Shown here: one piece after another, positions 1-7,721 of the stretch
Layout of the letters: each line of letters opens with the position of its first letter
How positions within the stretch are numbered: position 1 is the first letter of the stretch
Assembly (NCBI RefSeq): GCF_006345805.1
Contig: NW_021828885.1
Coordinates: 1 to 8,546, forward strand
Direction of reading: 5' to 3'
Length of the DNA: 8,546 nucleotides
Origin: Octopus sinensis
Taxonomy: Eukaryota
Notes under the pieces: generated by a model
Database searches by the model: none
The model's input: only the letters and a program-made list of their open reading frames with translations
What the model was told of the DNA's origin: nothing
Position numbers and translations under genes: made by a program

Positions 1-234
1 ATGGTGTGGATGTGGGTTTGTTTAAAACTAAACTGGATCTCTTCTTGTTGGGAGTCCCAGATGAACTACCTCACGACAGGAGACGCGGATGCGGCAGCAG
101 CAGCATCGAACTCCCTTGTTGATCAAGTGCCACGTATCAGAGGTGGATTCACAAACTAGTGAGTCAGCTCATTCAGCGGTGGTGCCCCAGCATGGCCGCG
201 GCCTTCGGGCTAAAATATGTTTTTTTTAAGGATT
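1..234 (+). mobile_element. 3' end of a decayed non-LTR retrotransposon (ORF2 C-terminus plus 3' UTR), clade unassigned
   Basis: Joining frames 3, 2 and 1 gives GVDVGLFKTKLDLFLLGVPDE / TSRQETRMR / AAASNSLVDQVPRIRGGFTN* (stop 157-159). This resembles the FKxxLDxFLxxVPDEP...RAAxSNSL C-terminus of invertebrate LINE ORF2 proteins (recalled). A short UTR with a GCC-TTCG-GGC hairpin (201-210) follows, then a (TATG)n tail. Confidence 0.7.
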
Positions 235-274
235 TATGTATGTATGTATGTATGTATGTATGTATGTATGCATG

Positions 275-306
<32 letters not shown>

Positions 307-312
307 TATGTA
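235..312 (+). repeat. (TATG)n microsatellite, probably the LINE tail
   Basis: Directly visible tetranucleotide repeat abutting the LINE 3' UTR. Confidence 0.95.
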
Positions 313-545
313 TAAAAGAATACAAAAAAGGACAAGAAAAAACAAGGACGGGTCATTCGGTGTTTTCCTTCATCAGTCGAGTTCCAGATTAGATTTGCCG
401 TTTCGGCTGATTACACTCCAATCTGGCCAGTCCCAAGGAAAATCTAAGCGAAGAGCACTACATCCCTTGGAAGAAAGCACCGAATGTATACGAAACCAAG
501 GACGAATAACAACGGAGAAATGATACACAAATACAAATGGAAACA

Positions 546-569
546 ATATATATATATATATATCTATAG

Positions 570-601
<32 letters not shown>

Positions 602-604
602 TAT
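546..604. repeat. (TA)n microsatellite
   Basis: Visible; short interruptions near 563-569 and 594. Confidence 0.95.
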
Positions 605-685
605 AAATAATATTAGGGAATAAATCCAAATTTACAGGAAAAAAAATCAGATTTAGGATTAAAATCCAATTTTATAGTAAAATAT

Positions 686-1360
686 TATATAATATTATTA
701 GAGACAAAACCACTATTTTGTAAAACAACACAAGGAAAGACTTAATCAATACATAAAATTTTAATAAAAAGTCAAAAAAACCGCCACTACAATTGTTTCT
801 TGTCCTAATCGACAATCTTCAGGTGGACTTCCAATCTAAAATATCAATATTTTAAAATAAAAATAATAATTTTAAAATAATTAAAGTATTATGAAAAAAA
901 TAAATATAATCTATATATAACCTATATAAATCCATATATAATCAATATATAAACAATATATAAACTAAAATAAACCTTTCACACAATAAAAAATAAATAT
1001 AAAATATAAAAAATATAAAATATAAAACAAAACAAAAATAAACTATAATACACCATACACATATAACTAATTATATATAACCATATCTAAATACATACAC
1101 TAAATCACACACCTATATATAATCCCTACACACACACATAAAAACGTCTAGGCAACGATAAATAAATAAAATAGCCAAATACTTCAACACAAACTTATTC
1201 ATACTCCCTCACACACACATACAACCCACATTCCCGCTCTAGAAACGGACATCATTTAAAATTATGAATGGAGAAATGGAATAAATGGAATTTAAAAATT
1301 ATAATTCACTTGGTAAAACGAACATTACTTAAAAATTATGAATGAAAACATGCAATAAAA
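686..1360. repeat. Left arm of ~675-bp inverted repeat (partner 2159-2837)
   Basis: Reverse-complement match throughout, e.g. 1321-1360 aacattacttaaaaattatgaatgaaaacatgcaataaaa vs 2159-2198, and 686-710 vs 2813-2837, with scattered substitutions and small indels. Confidence 0.95.
784..826 (-). ncRNA. Minimal type I hammerhead ribozyme
   Basis: Minus strand reads CCAC-CUGAAGA-UUGUC(GAUUAG)GACAA-GAAA-C(AAUU)GUA-GUGG. It has stem I CCAC/GUGG, an intact core, a 5-bp stem II, a 2-bp stem III with a palindromic loop, and a GUA cleavage triplet. Confidence 0.8.
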
Positions 1361-2158
1361 CAACACAGACATCGCAAATAGACACAAATTACTACGAATT
1401 CCTTAATAAAACTACCATGACAAACCAAAACTCATAAAAACATATAATGATAAAATCTCCCTTTACTAAACTCTATAAACATACCTATATAGCAATCCCC
1501 CTAACCTAAACATTCACACACAATACACACACCGTAAACCACACCACCCACGACATATTACAAATACCCACCTCACTCACACATACCTATACATACATAT
1601 AAACCTCAACATATACTCCAAAAACCCACTCAACCCCACACAGACAAATAAACACATACATCCCCAAACCTATATAGCAAACCCATAAACACATTCACAC
1701 ACAAATATATACATACGTAAAACACCCCATATACATATACATACTCACCAAACTCGATATACAAAATATTAACACACCACAATCATACAGATAAATAAAT
1801 TACAACCAAAATACGCACACACTCACACACAATCCCACATACAATAAACACTCCAAAGAAAAACAACATTATTACACATAATACGATATATAAAATACAT
1901 CGTAAGTAACCAGAATATCAAAAATAACAATATGACATAAGGAGAAATATATACATACTTTCAAGTCAGTTTCAAATTATGAAGTGAAATTAAATTCTAA
2001 GCCGTTAAAAAACATCAAACCAAAATTACGTTACCATAGGAACATAACTTATGTATAAAAAGAATACGCGCTATGGAAGCAAACGTCACTTGAAATTATG
2101 AATGGAGAAATAGAATAAATGGAATTAAAAACTATATTCACGCGGTAAACTAACATTA

Positions 2159-2825
2159 TTTTATTGCATGTTTTCATTCATAATTTTTAAGTAATGTTCG
2201 TTTTACCAAGTGAATATAATTTTTAATTCCATTTATTCCATTTCTCCATTCATAATTTTAAATGATGTCCGTTTCTAGAGCGGGAATGTGGGTTGTATGT
2301 GTGTGTGAGGGAGTATGAATAAGTATTGTGTTGAAGTATTTGGCTATTTTATTTATTATCGTTGCCTAGACGTTTTTATGTGTATGTATAGGGATATAAT
2401 ATAGGTGTGTGATTTAGTGTATGTATTTAGATATGGTTTATATATAATTAGTTATATGTGTATGGGTGTATAATAGTTTATTTTTTGTTTTTGTTTTATA
2501 TTTTATATTTTTTATATTTGATATTTAATTGTTGAAAGGTTTTTATTTAGTTTATATATTGTTTATGTATGATTATATATGGATTATATATAGGTTATAT
2601 ATAGATTATATATATATATTTTTTCATTAATACTTTAATTATTTTAAAATTATTATTTTTATATTTTAAAATATGATATTTTAGATTGGAAGTCCACCTG
2701 AAGATTGTCGATTAGGACAAGAAACAATTGTAGTGGCGGTTTTTTGACTTTTTATTAAAATTTTATGTATTGATTAAGTCTTTCCTTTGATTGTTTGTTT
2801 TACAAAATAGTGGTTTTGTCTCTAA

Positions 2826-2837
<12 letters not shown>
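2159..2837. repeat. Right arm of ~675-bp inverted repeat (partner 686-1360)
   Basis: Reverse complement of 686-1360; runs into (TA)n at about 2832. Confidence 0.95.
2694..2736 (+). ncRNA. Minimal type I hammerhead ribozyme
   Basis: Stem I ccac 2694-2697 / gtgg 2733-2736; CTGAAGA 2698-2704; stem II ttgtc 2705-2709 / gacaa 2716-2720; GAAA 2721-2724; C-aatt-G 2725-2730; GTA 2730-2732, predicted cleavage 3' of 2732. Confidence 0.8.

Positions 2838-2867
<30 letters not shown>
2832..2867. repeat. (TA)n microsatellite
   Basis: Directly visible. Confidence 0.95.
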
Positions 2868-2870
<3 letters not shown>

Positions 2871-3050
2871 ATAAATTAAATAGAGATACACTATTGGGAA
2901 TCCAATAACTTATTTACATTACAATATTACATGATATACTATAGTATAATTACATTATACCAATATTTATATGGTATTCAACTAATGTACCAGTAAATTG
3001 GATGTTTAACACACCCCTTTGAAGGATTTCTTTTCAACAGTTTGTTACTA

Positions 3051-3111
3051 CATATATACATACATACATACACACATATATATGCATATATATATGCATA
3101 TATATATATAT
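3051..3111. repeat. Compound (CATA)n/(TA)n microsatellite
   Basis: Directly visible. Confidence 0.9.
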
Positions 3112-3414
3112 ACAACTGCAAGCAAACACTAAACCACAAAACTAACATGTGCAGCCAATAAAAAAAAGTGAAAAAACTAGCCAATGAGTGAAATTAAGCA
3201 CTAGAACCCACAACACACCAACGGATTATATATATATATATACACTACGAATACCGAGTTGTAACAGTTGTGCCGAAGATCGCACTCGTGTGAAACACGA
3301 GTCACGGGATAAACTTCATTTCAAATAAGCTTCATTTAAAAATATATCCTCTATAATATGTATTGAGCACAACCTTCTCATTCATTCAAGTTAAGCAACC
3401 TACATACATGTGAA

Positions 3415-3438
3415 TACACACACACACACACACACACA
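3415..3438. repeat. (CA)n microsatellite
   Basis: Directly visible. Confidence 0.95.
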
Positions 3439-3651
3439 TATGTATATTGAACCGTTAATCTCTAAACATTTTTCTCTCACCATTTGTATTCGTTCTCTCT
3501 CCGTTTTCCCCCCTCTTAATCCCCGCTGTCGAAAAGTGTAGGCTCGGAACGTCAAAGACTTTTCCATTCTTCCTGAGCGTTAATCTAATACACCTGCTTC
3601 TTGTTCCGTCACCTGTCTTCCTGTCTTGTTTTTGGAGTAAATTTGAACTAT

Positions 3652-3653
<2 letters not shown>

Positions 3654-3689
<36 letters not shown>

Positions 3690-3720
3690 CACACACACAC
3701 ACACGCACACACACACACGC
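3654..3720. repeat. (CA)n microsatellite with CG interruptions
   Basis: Directly visible. Confidence 0.95.
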
Positions 3721-4211
3721 ATAAATAGCGAACGACGAGAATGAGTGATCAACACCTCAACAGTAGATAACATTTCTTTACTTGTGTATTGAGACTACCA
3801 TTGGTTTCATGTTAAGAAAATTATCTTAATATCTTATCAATTTTTCAAACCGATCACATGGGAAATTGGTGTTCATCTTCAATTTTCCATGTATATGAAA
3901 CGAATGATCTATAAAAGTTAATAACTTAGGGGACCTAGTGACTTACATCTGAACAACAAAACTGAATAAAGATATATTAAATATCGTACAAGATTGGTTT
4001 TCTTGTTTTATTGAATTTATCAGCGCTTTCATTTACAATAGTCGCTTGTTGTGTAGTTGGGACCAACTTCAAACGAGAAGAGGACTTAATCTCAAGAAAT
4101 TGGAATTGAGTTACCATTTAAGAAACGAGATTATGATTGTTGATTACCTGGGGATGGCTGTGGACGCATGTTGCGGTCTCAGTGGGCACCATCAGGGAGA
4201 AAAACGGCACC

Positions 4212-4452
4212 ATGACGCATTTCACTCTGCCATAAATTTGGAAACATGCTGTACTGCTTGGCATTCATGTCGGAAGCACCAACGCGAACATTTCAGAGTG
4301 TTTGAGGACATGTACCGAGAGAAAAAAATATCAAACATCCAGTCAACATCATGGTGTTTACAATGATCACTACAGATCGCGACGTTATGCCTCCTTTTAT
4401 CCTCCCACACGGCCTCACACTCAGCGCGGAGGCCTACATCAAGTGCCTGGAG
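4212..4452 (+). pseudogene. Internally deleted Tc1/mariner-superfamily (IS630-Tc1-mariner) transposase relic
   Basis: From ATG 4212: MTHFTLP*IWKHAVLLGIHVGSTNANISECLRT, an HTH-like N-terminus with a stop. Another frame from 4309 reads HVPREKNIKHPVNIMVFTMITTDRDVMPPFILPHGLTLSAEAYIKCLE, resembling the VMVWGxI...P.F...G..N...Y...L catalytic-domain block. TIRs were not located. Confidence 0.65.
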
Positions 4453-4503
4453 GCTATAGTAGAAGACACTTATCCAATGTGGTACACAATGAGACTGAAC
4501 CTA
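4450..4503 (-). mobile_element. SINE fragment, left part; interrupted by the mariner and resuming at 5027-5038
   Basis: gaggctatagtagaagacacttatccaatgtggtacacaatgagactgaacc-ta-gaaacatgtg aligns without gaps to the reverse complement of the in-window SINE at about 6704-6767 (gagactatactaagagacatttacccaatgtgccacccagtgggactgaaaccataaccatgtt). Confidence 0.75.
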
Positions 4504-5026
4504 TTGGGTTGTCCGGAAAGTTCGTGCCGATTTATAGTAGCTTACCTTTCAACTTATTTCAGAACATGGTTGAGTTCATAAAGTAGGATTTGACTACACC
4601 TCCATTTAAAGCACCGTTTAAGCTGTCTTTTCGTGGAAGAAGGTTTATGTTCCTATAACCTGTGTAACCCTTTAAAATGGATGGGAACCAGACAAAAATT
4701 GCAGCAGTTTGGCTGGGATGTGTTACCCCACCCTCCATATTCACCAGATATTGCTCCTTCAGATTTCCACTTATTCAGGTCTCTGCAGAATAGTCTTAAT
4801 GGTAAAAATTTCAATTCCTTGGATGACGTAAAAAGATACCTTGATGAATTCTTTGCCATGAAACCACCTCCATTCTGGGAAGAGGGTAATTTCAAGTTAC
4901 AGGAAAGATGGAGACGCATTTTGCAGCAAAATGGTTCATATTTGGTTAATTAAAAATGTAAAGGCAAGTATTTATTGACCTTTTTCTTTTCTTTAAAAAT
5001 CGGCATGAACTTTCCGGACAACCCAA
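4504..5026 (+). mobile_element. Non-autonomous mariner (DD34D-type) deletion derivative, 523 bp
   Basis: 30-bp TIRs at 4504-4533 (ttgggttgtccggaaagttcgtgccgattt) and 4997-5026, 29/30 match. TA duplication at 4502-4503 and 5027-5028. Encodes the mariner C-terminus. Confidence 0.95.
4681..4953 (+). pseudogene. Mariner transposase C-terminal fragment (90 codons, open)
   Basis: TRQKLQQFGWDVLPHPPYSPDIAPSDFHLFRSLQNSLNGKNF...RWRRILQQNGSYLVN* contains the HPPYSPDLAPSD-type signature. The DNA-binding domain and the first two catalytic Asp residues are missing. Confidence 0.9.
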
Positions 5027-5958
5027 TAGAAACATGTGATCATTAAACAATGACAAGGAAACGATTGGCAGTAACTTCGAAATTTCGCTTTGCTCATGTT
5101 CATCAGACAGTCTGATGAACACAAACCGCAACTCTGAAATCACAATTCTGTGTCCCGTAAAAGTTAATACACACACGTACACATATATACGAACACACAC
5201 ATTTACAGACGTATACATACATGCATGTGCAGTTGTTGAATTGACACACATTCCTAGCCATTGTACAATAAATATCTTTTCTATATCATTCACTGATCAA
5301 GCTCTCCCGATCAGCTTGCGTCTCATAAAATATATTTGATTTTATCATTCAGCAGTTTTTACATTTTTCCATTAAACACAGTCACGTACTCATCGCCTTC
5401 CTTTTGTCTCCAACATTTACTATAAGCCGCCTTCTTCCTACCCTTCCTTACTGTCTTTCTCTCTCTTTTCCTCTCTATTGCTCTCTCTTTATCTCCCTTT
5501 GTCTCCCATCTCTAATTCAATTTCTTCTCTCAGTTTCTAGTACTTTCCATAACAGACACGTTTCATTCTTTGTCTCTTTCTGTCACTCCATTTTTTCCTC
5601 ATGTAAACCCTACAGCCATTATTAATTAGCTGTCGCTTCCTTCAACATTGTTTTCCATCTTCCATTTTAGAGAGGCTTCGTGGTTTCATTTTCATTCGCC
5701 CTGGAATGCACAGAACTTCCATGCCAACAACCGTATTCATATGACCATACACATGCATAGACATACAGACACACTCCATACATTGTAGATTTTCTTCTCT
5801 TTAAGTATGCGACACATGAGTCTGTTATAAAGAATGTAAATAGAAAAATCGAGCCGGGTTAAAGTGTGTGTTATCGGCATGTGGTTTGGAAGCATAATCA
5901 CGTGGTGGCAAGTTCGATCACATTATATGACAACTAGAATATTTTATACGAATGCTTA

Positions 5959-5974
5959 CACACACACACATGAG

Positions 5975-6014
<40 letters not shown>

Positions 6015-6169
6015 TTCGAGAGACTGCTTGCATACATACATACATACATACATACATATGTATATATGCATGTATATGTAATACACACACACAAGCACAC
6101 ACACACACACAACACACACACACACACCACACACACACAAACACACACACATATATATATACACACACA
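5959..6169. repeat. Compound (CA)n/(TA)n/(CATA)n microsatellite block
   Basis: Directly visible, with a short unique spacer at about 6012-6030. Confidence 0.9.
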
Positions 6170-6321
6170 ACGGCCTTCTTTCAGCTTCCGTCTCTCAAGT
6201 TCAGTCGTAAGGCTTTGGTCGACCCCAGAGCTAGAGTAGGATATATTTGTTCAAGGTGCTACGCAGTGGTACTGAACTCGAGACCATGTAGTTGGGAAGC
6301 AAACTTCTTAACACACAGCTA
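6170..6321 (-). mobile_element. tRNA-derived SINE, head and body
   Basis: Reverse complement reads tagctgtgtgttaagaagtttgcttcccaactacatggtctcgagttcagtaccactgcgtagcaccttgaacaaat...ggaagctgaaagaaggccg. It is homologous to the plus copy at 6661 and has A-box and B-box-like segments. Confidence 0.85.
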
Positions 6322-6343
6322 TATATACATATACATACATACA

Positions 6344-6403
<60 letters not shown>
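6344..6403. repeat. (ATT)20 microsatellite
   Basis: 60 nt of perfect repeat. Confidence 0.97.
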
Positions 6404-6660
6404 GTTGTTATTATCGTGTTTGGGGAGGATCATTCTCTTTTAATGCCATATTACTTAACACACTCACCGGTTCGATTTCTACTTATTTCTTTATTTATTT
6501 GTTACTAATATGTAAATAAGTAAATGAGTGGAAATCGAAGCCGTGTGTGTGTTAAATAATAGACATTAAAAGAGAATGAGTCTTCCTAGACAATAAAATA
6601 CGCTTCAACACACGAATTCCCATAAGGAATCTTGCAAACCAAACACAAAAACGAAATATA

Positions 6661-6824
6661 GGCGCAGGAGTGGCTGTGTGGGAAGTAGCTTGCTTTCCAA
6701 CAACATGGTTATGGTTTCAGTCCCACTGGGTGGCACATTGGGTAAATGTCTCTTAGTATAGTCTCAGACTGAACAAAACCTTGTGAGTGGATTTGGTAGA
6801 AGGAAACTGAAAGAAGCCCGTCGT
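6661..6824 (+). mobile_element. tRNA-derived SINE head, ending at the (TA)n boundary of the duplication
   Basis: A-box-like tggctgtgtgg 6671-6681 and B-box-like ggtttcagtcc 6713-6723, followed by a segment reminiscent of CORE/MIR (cattgggtaaat; ttgtgagtggatt). Resembles octopus OK/OR-type SINEs (recalled). Confidence 0.85.
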
Positions 6825-6926
6825 ATATATATATATATATATATATATAAGTTCGAGAGACTGCTTGCATACATACATACATACATACATATGTATATAT
6901 GCATGTATATGTAATACACACACACA

Positions 6927-6974
<48 letters not shown>

Positions 6975-6998
6975 TATATATATACACACACACACACA

Positions 6999-7150
6999 AC
7001 GGCCTTCTTTCAGCTTCCGTCTCTCAAGTTCAGTCGTAAGGCTTTGGTCGACCCCAGAGCTAGAGTAGGATATATTTGTTCAAGGTGCTACGCAGTGGTA
7101 CTGAACTCGAGACCATGTAGTTGGGAAGCAAACTTCTTAACACACAGCTA
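6999..7150 (-). mobile_element. tRNA-derived SINE (duplicate of 6170-6321)
   Basis: Same sequence as 6170-6321 at offset 829. Confidence 0.85.
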
Positions 7151-7172
7151 TATATACATATACATACATACA

Positions 7173-7232
<60 letters not shown>
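7173..7232. repeat. (ATT)20 microsatellite (duplicate)
   Basis: Same length as 6344-6403. Confidence 0.97.
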
Positions 7233-7491
7233 GTTGTTATTATCGTGTTTGGGGAGGATCATTCTCTTTTAATGCCATATTACTTAACACACTCACCGGT
7301 TCGATTTCTACTTATTTCTTTATTTATTTGTTACTAAATATGTAAATAAGTAAATGAGTGGAAATCGAAGCCGTGTGTGTGTTAAATAATAAGACATTAA
7401 AAGAGAATGAGTCTTCCTAGACAATAAAATACGCTTCAACACACGAATTCCCATAAGGAATCTTGCAAACCAAACACAAAAACGAAATATA

Positions 7492-7653
7492 GGCGCAGGA
7501 GTGGCTGTGTGGGAAGTAGCTTGCTTTCCAACAACATGGTTATGGTTTCAGTCCCACTGGGTGGCACATTGGGTAAATGTCTCTTAGTATAGTCTCAGAC
7601 TGAACAAAACCTTGTGAGTGGATTTGGTAGAAGGAAACTGAAAGAAGCCCGTC

Positions 7654-7721
<68 letters not shown>

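Larger units (their letters stand above)
605..2837. mobile_element. Penelope-like element (PLE) composite relic with an inverted partial copy
   Basis: Two minimal type I hammerheads of the kind known from PLE pseudo-LTRs, an inverted partial duplication typical of PLE insertions, (TA)n at both ends, and a weak GIY-YIG-like relic at 1945-2064. No intact RT ORF is present. Confidence 0.6.
6011..7686 (+). repeat. Near-identical tandem duplication, ~830-bp unit (about 6011-6847 and 6848-7686)
   Basis: Offsets of 829-837 between matched anchors (taagttcgag 6011/6848; cggccttctt 6171/7000; ggcgcagg 6661/7492). Unit boundaries fall in (TA)n tracts. Confidence 0.95.

Noticed and set aside
159-523. 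ORFs 159-392 and 236-523
   Set aside because: Largely translations of (TATG)n (MYVC repeats); no protein-like signal.
784-2736. Retrozyme or circular-RNA unit delimited by two hammerheads
   Set aside because: That needs two ribozymes in direct orientation on one strand; these are on opposite strands.
3284-3302. Helitron 3' terminal hairpin
   Set aside because: No CTRR terminus at the expected short distance on either strand.
3526-3553. Hammerhead-like string CUGUCGAA-aagtgtaggctc-GGAAC-GUC
   Set aside because: Two core deviations (A6, A13), a broken stem II and no stem I; at most an unrecognisable relic.
2978-3718. Minus-strand ORFs 2978-3184 and 3455-3718
   Set aside because: Driven by TA/CA microsatellites; no recognisable domain.
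4046-4586. ORFs 4046-4366, 4222-4410 (minus) and 4302-4586 as genes
   Set aside because: Off-frame or antisense readings of the Tc1-like relic and SINE.
4559-5339. ORFs 4559-4744, 4653-4919, 4946-5293 (minus) and 5115-5339
   Set aside because: Antisense shadows of the mariner, or low-complexity sequence without homology cues.
5404-5625. 73-aa hydrophobic ORF
   Set aside because: TTG start and a CT-rich low-complexity tract explain the L/S/F composition.
5876-5921. Possible decayed tRNA/SINE head (gttcgatc B-box-like)
   Set aside because: Too short and diverged to support; no cloverleaf, so not a tRNA gene.
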